Below, piece after piece: positions 10,861 through 24,920 of a DNA stretch of 64,000 nucleotides. This stretch comes from Felis catus (lineage: Eukaryota). A model generated the notes under the pieces. That model was given only the letters and a program-made list of their open reading frames with translations, had not been told where the DNA came from and made no database searches. The DNA is taken from contig NC_058368.1 in assembly GCF_018350175.1 (NCBI RefSeq), forward strand, positions 42,038,001 through 42,102,000, read 5' to 3'. A program made the position numbers and the translations under genes. Numbering within the stretch: the stretch's first letter is position 1; the number at the start of each line of letters is the position of its first letter.

Positions 10861-13800
10861 GATATAGATTTATGTAAGTTAACACTTGGATCATGCATAG
10901 AAGAGTAAACACATGTCGGCAGGATTGATTTACTTATGGCTTCAAGAGATTAGATTACTGTAAGGAAGTATTCCCCACTAAGGGTGAGTAATGAAGTGCT
11001 GTTTCAAAGCCATCCACAAAAGAGGGACATGGACAGGACCCAAATAGCATCAAATAATCAAACTGAAGTTTTCTCCTTCGGGCCCATTTTTGAGACCTTG
11101 GGTCTGGACTTCAATCCAATGAGTGAAACCAAAGAGGTTCTTGTCGAATTAGAGGCCTGAAGCAAGTGTACAAATAAGGTTGCACATTCATCCAAAGCTA
11201 GAAAGAGAGCAGCCGTTTGTGTGTGAGTGCAGAAGCTGTGACCAGAAGCCAGGCTGAGTCAAAACCAAGGACTGGTAGTCATGGCAACAGGGGCACCTCC
11301 AGAAGTCAGAGCTGAAAAACAGAGCAGGTCGAATGTGGAACAGGCTGTTGGTCAGGGCAGAGAGGTGACAGCCAGAGAACCAAACTAGGTCAAAGCCAGG
11401 GAATGCTTTGTGCCACTCAGGCTGCAAGGGTAGTTTCTGTGCAAGCCCAGATGGAATTCTGCTGGATGTCTGGTCTCAGCTCCAGCTGGCTCAGGGTCCC
11501 ATTTGCTCCTCATGCTCAGATTCTTCCAACTGGCTTCTGATGTTCTATGGTTTTCTATCTTTTGGTTGCTCTCGAAGAAACCTGGTAAAGCTGTTTTGCC
11601 AGAAGCTCTCGAAGGTGACCCCATTTATAGAAAATGCCAGGAGTAAATTAAAGGATAGGTTTTTCTTTATAACTACCTAGAAAGATAGATACAATATATC
11701 TTTCTGTACTCTAATGAAACAGTTCAAGAATTCTCACCATGCTAGCCAGGCAGATTCCAGAATGAGCTTCCGGAAGAATTGTTCTACAATGAGCCAGATT
11801 CTCCACAGGAAAACACCTATTTATTTATCGCTATTAATAATCATGATAATAATTTCCTATTCAAAACAGACTATACTGTGAGAGTCAAGAGATTTTCACA
11901 CTGCATCCTTTACTTCCTGGTAACGGCTGGCAATTATTGATTCTTGCTTTGACTTGTTATATTCCAGGTATTAGCAAAAATATTTGAATATATGAAATTT
12001 ATACTCAGTTTTATTTTTTACACAAACCTACAAAGTGGGCTATTACTACTCTCCTCCTCCTTCATAGCTAAGGAAAGTGACATTTCGATATACTTGTGAA
12101 CCAAATAAGAAGAGGAACCATGATATATAGAAGGAAGCTATAATGCCAGCCTTAGGTTCAAAATATAAATCATTTATTTAGGACACCAAGCTTTAGAGCT
12201 AGCAGGGTGGCTGTAAGCACATTTTATCTTAAAAAGTGAGCAGACTAAGCTGAGAAAAGGAAGGGAGAGGAACAAATTCTGTCAAAATGGATCTAACAGT
12301 GGACACAAGGTACCCATGCCTAACACAGTACCTGGCTTGAAGACTGGGTAAGGAAGAAGGGAAGGGGGAAGGAGGAAGGACAGGGAGGGACTGAGGAACT
12401 TGGGAGTGCATACCCATGTGAAAGGTCTTTGCAAACTATAAAGTGCTCACAGATGTGATGGTTTATTACTTATGAGGCTTGTCGTTCCCAAACATTTGGA
12501 TGTTTCATAAAACATCTGCAGCTATGGAAACATAAATATACTGGAATAAAATTTTACAAAATAATTCCTTACTCTAAATTTAAATTTTGTTTATTTCTTT
12601 GTTTTATCTAGGTTTCGTCGAAAATCTAATGAAATCGCTCCAGCAAAATGCAAACCCCGCACATGCTGGGGTTTACAGGAACCCTGAGTATTGAACCTAG
12701 GTCCATGGATCTAGTGAAGTTCATGAGTCATAGGTTAAGAACTACAAATTTGTAATATGTTATTACTTGTTAGCCTAATAAGTCCTTCTGAATTATGAAA
12801 ATCTAGGGTCTGTCTACACCTACAAATGGGCACGTTTGAATTCACTCTGGTTGCCATAGAGAATCAACATTATATTCCCTTAACTACTGAATTTATTCCT
12901 GATAGTGTACATATCTCGTACTACACACAGTGTTGTATTATATACGATTATATCTCACCAATATAATTTGAAGGCAAGCTACATTTAGCTTCACAACTAA
13001 ATGAATCTTAATAAGTATCTGTCTACGTAGTATTAACTAAGTATTGGAAAAACCCTGCAAATGTGGTCATGATACATAGTTTTAAATAACTGTAGCCTAA
13101 GCTTGTTCTAAAGATTTATAACCAATAGCAAATAAAAGGATTATGTATTTCTTTGTACATCTAATTTTACAGTGGAATAACCACAATGAATAAAATCCAC
13201 TGAATGATTTGAAAAGATATGAGCTTCAGGAGGTTGGGAATTAAATTACTTATTTGTTTCCCTGTCTCTGTAGATTCTATAGTTATAATTCCTAGCAGCC
13301 TATATTCAGTAAGGCAGATTAGGGTGATTATTTTTCTCTGCCTCTTCTTTAGGAACAATTTGAAAATATGAGTGATAAAAATATAAACAAAACACTGGCA
13401 ACCCTTGTTTTATAACTAAAGATATAACTAAAGATTTTTTTTTTCTTGGTGTCATACATGGTTTTTCTTGGCCTTCAACCCAACTGGTACACAATAATTT
13501 GTTTTTGTAAGAGTTTGTCTGTCTCTCTTTCCACTCATCTCTCTTATCCTCCAGGATCCCAAATCTTACATCTTTTCCATTTGCATATCAATCTCACATA
13601 CATAGTGGGATCCTACCCACAACTGCCCCATACTGAAAGGCCCTGAACTCAGAAATACTAGTATTTGACTACTGCCATCCAAACTTTATTCATTCTCTTA
13701 AAAATATACTATCTAGGTATCCCATTTGTTCAATTTAAGCAATTCAAAATAAGACATACATTTCTTGGTAAAATGTCGATGGTAAATATGGAGTGATGAT

Positions 13801-15024
13801 ACAGAGAGCCCTATAACAATTTGCAGAAGAACTGGCTTTCACCGACCAAAATTGTAAAAGCAACTTGTTATTGAAAATCACTCTTTTTCTGAAGAATTTT
13901 TATTGCTCTCTTCCTTCCAAGGACATTTATTTGACATCCACTATGTATAAGTTAGCTCATTGTTAATGAAGGGAGATTTTACATTGTTTGCTTGGATTTT
14001 TTAAATCTAGTGTATTTAACAGATTGTACTCTTTCATTGTAGCATTATTATTTTGTATTTGTGTTCAGTAATTTCTGTCCCCCTGCTTTCTGATTACTGA
14101 TTTGATAGACAAAGCATTTTCAAACTCTTTGGGGAAATATTTCACCTACCATTTTTGGTAATAATTGATTCATTTTACATTTGATTTTGAATTTGATTTT
14201 ACCTCATTGAATCTGTTTCATTTGTTTTTTGTCCTACAATAAGCTGATGGAATATCTACACGCATGCTTATGGATCTAAGTGTACATCAGGGAATTGTTT
14301 CACTATAGGGATGAGATTTAGCTAGCAATTGGTTTGAAACATAAAGAATAAAATGTGAACATTGCACTGTCTATCCCTCTGTTTTCATCTCTTCATATCT
14401 ATTTGTTCTTTAAGAAAGTATATCCTACAGTAAATTTGCTACCTCCACAAACAAGAATGGAAACTCAGGTTGTTTTCACTCCGGAAACAAAACAGTTTCT
14501 CAGCCATTGTGTTTTATGTCTGAATTGTCTAACTTAAATTGCATGTCCTTGGGGCAGAGAGTGGCCTTCCATCTTTTTTTCCCCAGCCAAGTATCCTGTC
14601 ACTGTTCTACAAAACAATAAATAATGAAGCGAATTGAAGATGTGTGAATTGTGCCAGGTTGACAGAAATGGAGCCAATGTTCTCAGAGGTGTTACAGCCG
14701 TATTTCCTAACAAGCAGCACAAGCCTCTCTCTAACATCTCAGAAAACCAAACAGAAATGGAGGATAAGAAAGTGGAAGTAAGGAGAAAAGCAAGAAGACA
14801 ACATAGGCATAAGAAAATATTTACTTGGAGTTAACTAGTCGCTATTTGAGCTGACACACCTACACGAAATGAACCAAGATAGTGAAGGGACTTTGAACCA
14901 TCAGGCTTGTTACAAGGATCACTCTTCTTGACTACACACTGAAAAACAGCTCTCTCACAAAGTTTTTACTTTATACATGTAATTTGTAAATAAGAACACT
15001 AAACATAGGTAATCATATTTGTTC

Positions 15025-15226
15025 AAAAGTTTTATTTATTTTGAGAGAGAGAGAGAAAGTGAAAGCCAGGAAGGGGCAGAGAGAAGAAGAGACAGAATCC
15101 CAAGAAGGCTCCACGTTGTTAAAAGAGAGCCCAATACGGGGCTTGGACTCACAACCCGTAAGATCATGACCAGAGCCAAGATCAAGAGTCAGAGATGCTT
15201 AGCCAACTGAGCCACTCAGGAGCCCC
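15025..15226 (-). mobile_element. CAN-SINE (older, diverged)
   Basis: TTTATTTATTTTGAGAGAG tail, ends GAGCCACTCAGGAGCCCC. Confidence 0.92.
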
Positions 15227-15284
15227 TCTATAACTCACTCCTATCTGAAATTGTTCATTTAGCATTTTTAAATTCTCTGTCATA

Positions 15285-15395
15285 GTATGAGAATGTTTAA
15301 GTTCCATAAGGGAGTGGCTTGATTCATCCTGTTTCACCAGTACCTAATAGGATGTTAGACTATGATAGGTATCAAAAATATATGTTGAAAGATAA
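15285..15395 (+). mobile_element. L2 3' end fragment
   Basis: GAATGTTTAAGTTCCATAAGGG...CCAGTACCTA...GGTATCAAAAATATATGTTGAA resembles the L2 terminus. Confidence 0.5.
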
Positions 15396-15820
15396 AAGAA
15401 ATTGAGTTTCAAAATAAATAAGCAATTAAGTAATCTGTCCATTTGATTGAAATAATACATAGTGAGATATACCTAACAAAAAGTGCAGCACATAGTAGGT
15501 ATTCAATAAATGCATGTGGAAAGAAAAATGGAGATTTGAGATAAAGCCTAAACAAACATCATTATCTTGGTTCTGGGTTGGGATCCAAAAATTTAGAACA
15601 GTACTTGTAAAAATACTGAACCGACTTGATGGCATGAATATATTTTCCCTTATCTCCCAGAAGACAATAGGTACTCAATTAAGTGTAAAGAGTGAGGAAT
15701 GTATAAGGAAAGATACAAATTGTGCGACACTAACTGAAACAGAAATATATTCCCTTACATTCACATGTAACAATCACTATTTCTGGAAAATACTGGTCAT
15801 ATAATCAATCTTTGTCCATA

Positions 15821-16253
15821 TGTTATGGATTGTATTATGTCCCCCCAAAACTGAAATCGTAATCTGTAGTACCTGTGATTGTGACCTTATTTGGAAATAG
15901 AGTCTTTGCAGATGATCAAGTTACAATAAGGCCATTAGGGTGGGCCCTAACTGAATAGGACTGTGCCATTATCAAAAGGAGAAATTTGAACAGAGACAAG
16001 CATATGGAGATGTGCACAGAGGAAGGATGATGTGAAACAGGAACAAAGGAATGCCATCTATAAGCCAAGGAAATCCTGACGCTAGGAGAGGGGCTTGAAG
16101 CAGATTCTCATTGATTGGCTTTTACAAGAAACCAAATCTGAGAACACCCTGATTTCAGACTTCTACCTTCTAGGACTATGAGACAATAAATTTCTTTTGT
16201 TCAAGACACCCAGTTTTGGTACTTTGTTATAGCAGCCTTAGCAAACTAACACA
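15821..16253 (+). mobile_element. MaLR solo LTR, MLT1B-like
   Basis: TG...CA ends; GTGACCTTATTTGGAAATAGAGTCTTTGCAGATG, GGGTGGGCCCTAA, GAGACAATAAATTTC, TTTGTTATAGCAGCC..AAACTAACACA. Confidence 0.88.
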
Positions 16254-17019
16254 CAATCCATTTTTGACGTTAGTGGTGCACGTCACTACACAGGTTCGAT
16301 GCCTAGATATCTGGACACAGGCTCAATTAATTTATTAAGTTCTATGGCATTCATTTAAATAATTTACATTATTTAATAACATTTAATTTAATAATTTACT
16401 TAAATAATTACAGAGTTTCAATTAATTTATCTTTCTTGTGTTATTCTCTTGCTATAAAATTCATTTGTGGTTTCATTCTATTGCCATCAGTACATTTAGG
16501 GAATTATAAAGGCTAAAATTAGAGTAATTATTTTGAATTTTATTTGTAGAGTGTATAAACTTAAATATTAATACAATTTGCACATTAAATTATGGGAAGT
16601 TAATTTATAATTTTTGTGTCCTCTTCAAATATCAGACAAGAGATTTTCTCACCATCCAGCAAGATGTTTAATATTAGGAATAGGAATGATATAACATTTT
16701 AAAATCTATGGTGATAATTTTATGAGAGTGATTTAAAAATCTTTATTTATATCCATATTAAATGAATATTCAAAAATAAACATTATCTGATAGAATTATC
16801 AAAGGAATGATCAGTTATTTGTTTCAACCCTAAAAATTCACATTCTACTTGACTCTCTATAGTATAAACTAAAAAGAACTATCTATCAACAATATAATAG
16901 CAACCCTTATGTATGTAGAAAGGCTTTCTGTTTTATATCTTATTGATTTAAACATGATTGAATGCAGATGGATAACCAGTAGTATAGTTTAATATTAGTA
17001 TAAATGAGCTCTGTGGGCA

Positions 17020-17143
17020 GGGCCACCTTGGTGGCTCAGTCAGTTGAGCATCTGACTTCTGGTTTTGGCTCAGGTCATGGTCTCACGATTGGTGAGTTCG
17101 AGCCCTCCACTGGGCTCCGTGCTGACAGCACAAAGCCTGCTTG

Positions 17144-17190
<47 letters not shown>

Positions 17191-17267
17191 GTCTCTCTCC
17201 TTATCTTTCTGCCATTTCCCCACTCATGCTCTCTCTCTCTCAAAATAAATAAGTAAACTTTTTAAAA
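17020..17267 (+). mobile_element. CAN-SINE with (CT)n expansion
   Basis: Head, (CT)n 17148-17186, AATAAA tail; TSD AAATG.G.TCTGTGGGCA at 17002-17019 and 17268-17285. Confidence 0.94.
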
Positions 17268-20200
17268 AAATGGGATCTGTGGGCAAATCATTATGCTAAT
17301 TTGTGTTGTAATTTGGAATTGTATAACCTACAAAGAAGCTGCCATTTTTAGTTTTCTTTTTCATACTGTAAACTTGAACATAGGAGTTTTTCACTAAACA
17401 TCAGGGTTATCAAAGGCATACAATAAACAAGAAGGATTAGGTTAAAATAATAACTACTTTTCTTTTGCTTTTATTTAAAAACTGCACCATAGTTGTGGAT
17501 ATGTGAGTTTGAATCAACCATCCGTAAAATAAATGTTTGCCTTTAATGTAATTCACTTAATTTAATTAATATTTACTTCGCTTCTCTAAGATGCTGTAAT
17601 ATTACAGAAAAAAAACCTCAACAAACAAATTTTCTTATTATAGACATGAAAACCTACATTGAGTTTAGTTATACATAAAAGTGAGGTTACCTGATGCTTC
17701 CACTGAAGTAAGGGAACTACCATTAAATTATTATTCTAAAAATATACCGGCATGTATTTAATTCTAAATCTGTCCTGATAATATTTGAATTTAACTCTTG
17801 TCATGATTTGTATTTCCACTTACTACTGCGGTCTTAATTTTTGAGGGGTTTGTTTAGTGTCACTGGAAAACTAAACAGGAATTTTGCAGAAATAGGAAAT
17901 TTAAACTCCTGTTGCCTGCCATTCCATATCTGTACAAATACACTGAAGATTTTCAGATAAAATCCTACATTTGCATTTTGTAGACTTTTTTTGTGGAGTT
18001 TCAGTTCTGAAGTAAAGAATAAAATTCAATAAACACAAATGACAAAGACCTGTGTGTTCCTTTCAGAAGCTTGTTGCTTGTGTCTTTCCTATGGTTTGAT
18101 TTTTATCCAAGTGCTCTTTTTTAAAATCATAAATATCACTTTCATGCAATCTTGAATGATATTTTTAAATGAGCAAAAGAAATGCAAATATATCTGGCTT
18201 TCAAAGCTTCAAACTTTTGATAGATTTAGCAGAGAATTATGCTGGTAATTGTTTTGTGAATGTTTCTGGTTATGAATGCTACTATCTCCTTCAAAGTAGT
18301 CAAAAATGTTCACTTTCGATCAGGATCTATATTCAGTACTTAGAAGGAGAGGAGATTGAGCCTTTCATCCATTATTTGGAGTTATTCACTTGTGAAAGAA
18401 CAAGTCACTTAATGAAATTGAGTTTCAGGTGTCCTCCCTAAAGTGATCATAATGATGTCTACACTGTGGGATGATTAACTACACAGCATTAAAGTACATA
18501 GTACAGAATCTCCAACTGTCACCTAGCAAATATTACTTCCTTTCCTGACCCTTCCTTCATCTTTCCTCAGAATAGTTAGTGCAGGTGCCAGGATTGTTGG
18601 CTTTTGTAGGGCCCTCACCAAAAAGGTCTGGTTCCCGAGCAAGTCAGTTAAGCACTCTAAGTATTCTTGTTTGTAGAAAGAGGGGTTTAACTTCTTAGAT
18701 CTTTTCCTTTTCTTTCTTAGATCTTTTCATCTCTACTGTTATTATTCTGGTCTATTTTCAAGCATCACACAAAGTAATTTGAAACAGGGAGATTGCTCAA
18801 TTCCCCTACACCTTGTTTAACAACTTAGTACTGCATCTAGACAATTTTAACATTCACAAACAGGTTTTTTTTTTGTTTTTTGTTTTTTGTTTTTTTTTGG
18901 TAGGTCCAGACCTTGTTAAGGACATCTATCATTCGTCCGTTTATGTGCTATTTTTTTTCATATATTTTATCTCAATCCTCACAGCATGAAGAACCATAAT
19001 TTCAGGAATTTCATTTCATTTCAGTTAGCTTGGCATCCCAAGTAAAACTCTTACCTCAGCACTGTTAGTTTAAAAAAAAACAGTGAGAAACTCTTTGCTT
19101 CATATTTCAATATGATTCACTGAATTACTCATACAAAAGAAATCAATGTAATCATTGCAGTCCAATAGACACACATCCAATGGAGACATAATATTCGTAA
19201 TCGGATTCTATTCCATCAGATCAAGCTTAAATATTAATTATTTTAAATCAGTATAAACAATTTTCTGAAACGTCCAAAGGTATAAGAGGTAAAATTAAAT
19301 ACTTCTGCCCATATCCTCAGGTGACTTAAAATATACACTTAAAACTTGGAAAGTTGTGGATAGGTTATCAATTTCCTGAAGCTCGTGTGACAAGTTATTG
19401 GTGAAGCTAAGATCTTCATCTAGGTCTGTTCCTCCCAACATCAAGGCTCTCTTCATTAATTACGTCATTCTCGTAAAAAATGACATTGTTACTGAAATTA
19501 AGGATTCATGATGTGTAACTATCATCTATCTCTTGGTGAATCTAAAATCTAGCTAAGGAAAAGAAAGCAATTCTGTATTTAAACGTGCACAGGTGACTCT
19601 CGTTCTATAACTGATCGGCATGCGTGTTTTAGAGTGCAGATCAGGCACTCCTGTTAAAATCATAAAACTGTAGACCTTTGGGTGTACAAAAGCATCATTT
19701 TCTGTAAAATATTCATTGCACTTAGCAATCCTAACATAATTCATATATTTGTTTTCCCTTATACTGTTAAAACATGCAAATCTATTTACATGTCAATATT
19801 GATTCATTTCCCAACTATTCATAGTATGTATGTGGATTAAAACTTCTTTTAGGCTCAAACTCAAGAAGATATAGATAGTGATACATGAATGTCTTAAAGG
19901 TTAATGGATTGGCCATAGTTAGAAAATCATTAAAGGGTGTATAGCCATCAGGGTACCTGTCCTCTTAACTTCTTTATAAAGCAATTTAGAAAACCATAAA
20001 CACAATGCCCAGACAGCAGTTTTAAGATAATAGAATTTTTAAAAAATGCTACCTAATCAATGTGAAACTTCATTTTAAGTACCTTGAACTTAGAAAAAGC
20101 CACTTCTCAATGTTTTTATTATTTTTTTAAGTTGTATAAATATTAATTCTATTATTTTAAGCTCTACAATACTAAATAAGCTGGTTTAAGATATATATAA

Positions 20201-20724
20201 AAATGTACAAAGCTTTTTTAAATAAGTAGCACATATAGTATTGACAAGATTTCTTAAAAATATGTATTAGCTAAAAATACTCTGCTTTGGTGACAGTTTG
20301 GTTTCCTTTTAAAATACTTGCTTTGTATTTGAATATTTGCTCAAAGAAGAATTTCACTTTTACTTAAAGATTAGAAATAGTAATTTCTTTTTTAACTATA
20401 ATTAAACAATCATGAACAGAATATTTTAAAAAGACATTTACCATATTATTGTAAGTTATTGTGTAAATTATGAAAATTTATGATTATTTTATAAAGTTTG
20501 TTATGGTTCTCATTTTCCTACCTACCTACTCCTGGTGTTAGTGGATAAACATTGGCCTTACCTTGCTTTATTCTTTATTTTTTATCCCATTATCCTTTAT
20601 TTTTCACTATTGGTTTAATTCTGATATTCATTAATAAGTATAATAAATATTACAGTCAATTGTTTCCATGGTAAATCATGTGCTTTTAAATGTGAATATA
20701 AATTAATGTAATTAAATAAATGAA

Positions 20725-20934
20725 GGGACGCCTGGGTGGTTCAGTTGGTTAAGCATACGGCTCTTGATTTCGGCTCAGGTCATAATCTTATGGTTTGTGA
20801 GATCAAGCCCCCTCTGGGCTCTGTGTTGACAACACAGAGCCTGCTTGGGATTCTCTGTCTCCCTCTAGCTGAGCCCCTCCCCCACTCATATACATGCTCT
20901 CTCTTTCAAAAATAAATAAACATTTTTTAAAAAA
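20725..20934 (+). mobile_element. CAN-SINE (older type)
   Basis: GGGACGCCTGGGTGG head, GCCTGCTTGGGATTCTCT, tail; TSD AAA.AAATGAA. Confidence 0.94.
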
Positions 20935-21122
20935 GAAATGAATACATAGCAGTATAGCATTTAGATATTATCTCCATTACTCTACTATAATGGAAAACTC
21001 CTTAAAATTTAGTAGCTAATTAAAAATGAAGGAACCAAAATTGAACATAAACCTGCCTACTTATTATAGAAATCAGTCACTGAGGTTCTTGATATACATT
21101 ATTTTATGAAATACCCATTTTA

Positions 21123-21338
21123 TTTTTATTATTTTTTTTCAACATTTATTTTTGGGAGAGAGAGAGACAGAGCATGAACGGGGGAGGGGCAGAGAGAGAG
21201 GGAGACACAGAATGGGAAACAGGCTCCACGCTCTGAGCCATCAGCCCAGAGCCCGTCGCGGGGCTCGAACTCACGGACCGCGAGATCGTGACCTGGCTGA
21301 AGTCGGACGCTTAACGGACTGCGCCACCCAGGCGCCCC
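21123..21338 (-). mobile_element. CAN-SINE, young SINEC_Fc-type
   Basis: CpG-rich; perfect 17-bp TSD ATGAAATACCCATTTTA at 21106-21122 and 21339-21355. Confidence 0.97.
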
Positions 21339-21446
21339 ATGAAATACCCATTTTAAAGGTTTAGAAACCAAGCCTCAGAGTGATTGAATAACCTAGTTAA
21401 AATACATAACACTTACTACCAGCTAGGCACTATTCTAAGCTTATCA

Positions 21447-21449
<3 letters not shown>

Positions 21450-21489
<40 letters not shown>
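21450..21489. repeat. (AT)n microsatellite, ~20 units
   Basis: Pure AT run. Confidence 0.97.
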
Positions 21490-21496
<7 letters not shown>

Positions 21497-21899
21497 ATTT
21501 ATTCATGTACAAAGCCAGAGATAGTTATTAAAAAAGCCAAGACTGGAAACAGGTGTTGTCAATACAAAGCATATGTTCTGCATATTATCAACCATGGTGA
21601 TTATTCCTTTATATGTGAGGAACATTTAATAAGAGAAAGAATTTTCTTAGAAGAGAATAGGAAAAATAACTGGATTACAAAACAGAAAACGTGGGCCCTT
21701 TAACTATATTTACCACTAAGCTTCAGAGATCTTTGGGCTAGTCACTAATCTGATATTTAAACGTATAAATAATAAACATACATGTAAATATATACATATG
21801 TGGCGGGGAGAGAAAGAGAAAGAGGGGAAAAGAGAGAAAAAGAGAAGAGAGAGAGTGGAAGAGGGAGAGAGAAGTTTCTCTAGGAGCTGCATATTATGT

Positions 21900-22440
21900 G
21901 AATCTTCGTGAATTTTGCAAGGAGGTCAGAATATCAATCAAAAAATTTTGAGGTCAACAGGATACTCTACAGTCCGCTTGCCTGGGCACATAAACACCCA
22001 TGGGTGGCATGGGGTGTTTACAACATTAAGTTATTTTTGTTCCAATTTGTTTACTTCACTAATACTTTTATTGGTACTATATAAACTAATTAGATGTTAC
22101 GAAATAATATGAACTTACAGTGAAGTATGAGCACAAGAAAAGAAATATTGTTTCTATGGAGACTGAGTTGAGTACTTACATAAACTTTGATGCATTGGTT
22201 AAAAAGTTCTGTTTAGATTGATAAGAGCAATTGCAGAAAAAGTAGAAAGTCAAAAAATCTCTATTGATTCTCACTCTGACTCTTGAACCCAAACCTAGGA
22301 TTCATAGTTAATGCATTTTTTTTTTTTGCTTATTTTTTAAGAAAGCAGGGACAGAGCTCCAGTAATCATTCAAAGAAGGGCCATGGCCTGTACATTACAC
22401 GTTCTGAGGCAAAATAAGTATTTCAAGGTATATATTAATT
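21900..22440 (+). mobile_element. Ancient TcMar-Tigger relic, Tigger13a-like
   Basis: GTTTCTATGGAGACTGAGTTGAGT, AAACCTAGGATTCATAGTTAATGCATT and TCAAAGAAGGGCCATGGCCTGTACAT resemble, in order, a remembered Tigger13a transposase-N-terminus remnant; no ORF survives. Confidence 0.55.
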
Positions 22441-24920
22441 ATATGTAACCCATTAACCATGATCATTTTGGACGCACAATTACATCATATAAATAAATAC
22501 ATAATATATGTGTTCAAATGAAACTTTAATTAATTGTCCTTTTCCAGTATTTTTTATCAAAAAATTTAAATGCATTAATTGTTAAGCTCTCGAACCCTTT
22601 GTATACACAACTGGAATTCTGAAAAAGCAATTGCATGTTTAAAAAATTGGGGGAGTATAGTCTCTTAATAACCTTATCAATTGTAAAAATTCATAAAATA
22701 ATGCTCATTGTGCCATGATACAAAAATCAACATAATTATAATGACAGCCTGGTGGAATTGAAACCTTGAAAAAATTGAGCTCAGTTGCATTTTACACACC
22801 GTAGTTACACCTGCATTCACCAGCATGTACCCACACAGGAAAAAGCCCTTTATCCAATAATGGGCCTTTTGAAGCTTTTAGGCTAAAGATCCCGACTCAA
22901 CATTACCTTCTCATGTGTGTTTAATTTTTTTTTGTTCCAAATTATTATTGCAATGCTCCAAAAGATGAAGAGAAGAAAAGGTTTAAATTGGAATTAATGT
23001 ATCTGAAACCTTCATTTTTGTATGAAGATAGCAATGTTAATGTTACAGTAATTTAATTTGAAAAGCAAATCCCCAATAGATTATTTAAATATGTTATCTA
23101 AGAATATAGAGACATAATTGCTTTCAGTGATATAATATGCATAGATTTCTAATGCTGAAAAGAACAATTTATATAATTTTTATATGCAAATGCCTTTGAA
23201 AATTAGCTCACATGATACATGGCAAGGTCCTGAATGCATCTTCAATTAGATGATCTTTTGAAAATTCTATTTAAAAAGAGGCAGATGATTCATGGGATAA
23301 ACCATCACATTAAACTGCTTTTTAAAAATCCATAATACTATAAAGAATTTTGATAATCTAGCGAGGATTTTCATATCTTTTTCATTCTTGTTATTTATTC
23401 TAGTAAGAATTAGCATGTGTTTAAGAGTTTAGGTTCACAATTTCAACTCTCAGATTTCTCTGGCAAATAGTTATGGAAGATCGCCTATGTCCAAGGCACG
23501 TTAGAAACTGACATCAGCATGGAATATATATATATTGTCCCCAGTTTTATGCTGCATCATCTTGGACTTCCATAAAAGTGATCCACGTCAGGCAGCACAG
23601 AAATAATACACATAGAGTTAGACACTGATTTCGTGCTTCCTCACTTTGAATTAATGACCATCTTATTTGTAGACAATATAGAAAGTTTCTTTTCACTGAG
23701 AAGAGGCAGAGATTAGTGGGATATTGCCAGTTTAGAACACAGCCAAACAATCAATCAACTAATTTTACAGTCCACTATACTTAATACACAGATTATTCTC
23801 TAGATAACCTGGGTAGTTTTATTTGGGTTAGTTCTTTCATATTTTTTTGAGTATTTTAAATTTAAAGACGGTATTCATATCCCTTTACTCTGTAACTATC
23901 TGCCTTCTTGGAGTCACTTTTTCACAAAGTGTGTTTGAACAGCCTAGGGTTTTTTCAGGTCTTACTTTCATCCACACGTTACTGCCATAAAATAAAATGC
24001 ATTGTCATTTATAATTTCCCAATTTGATTAATGGTATTTCAAAAGCCCTGTAGCCTTCTAAATGAACTCAGGGGCTACTACCAATGAGAACTTGTACACA
24101 ATACACAGTACCAAAATAAACTCCCCTGAACACAAACTCAAAATAAAATAACAAAAGTCACCCACTTCAAGGAAATATGAATTTAAATATGTTTTGTAAA
24201 TACTCTTGCAGCCAAATATAATTCAAAAAGGAGAAAATAGCAACAAAATTAACATACCAAAAATACAAATTATACATATGTGCATAATAACTATGCACTG
24301 ATACAAAATAAAACAGACAATAGACTTTTATATTTTTATGCCTTCACTGCAGTGTATTTTTATGTTCATATGTAAACTATTTACATCCTACAAAAGCTTT
24401 GATTGTTAAATTCTCACAGTTTGTCACCTGCTTTATAGAAAATATTTTGAGGTAAGGTTTTGGTTTATATTCACTCCATTTGTGAACAAATAAAGAGCAT
24501 CGATAGGGTGGTGGAATAATTTAATGGATTGCAAATCCTTGTTAAGGAATTGGCTTAAAATCTTCTACTCCTTTTCAATTTTACTTTACAAAAACATAAC
24601 AGGTGTTCCAAAAGGTATCTTGACTACAGCTCACAGAGGAACTGCAGCTTCCCATCGATAGACTGGTCCCAACAAATCCATAGAGATTATATATAATGAT
24701 CCCAATGTTGCAAATAGAAATCATATAGGTCAAGAAAACCAGCTTAATTATACTCCTACTTTTATTCAAACTCTATGTTGAGGCATTCCCCAACAGGGAC
24801 TGCCCCATTAGCTGCAGAAATGTATGACAATTGTTACAGGCATCTTATTTCAAACTGTCCCCCTGCCCTATAAAAACTTGTCATGATAGTTTTACCCCCT
24901 ACAAGTACACTACCTGTATA

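Noticed and set aside
12345..12395. Purine/G-rich tract as a possible G-quadruplex
   Set aside because: G-runs are irregular with long or uneven loops; ordinary low-complexity GA-rich sequence
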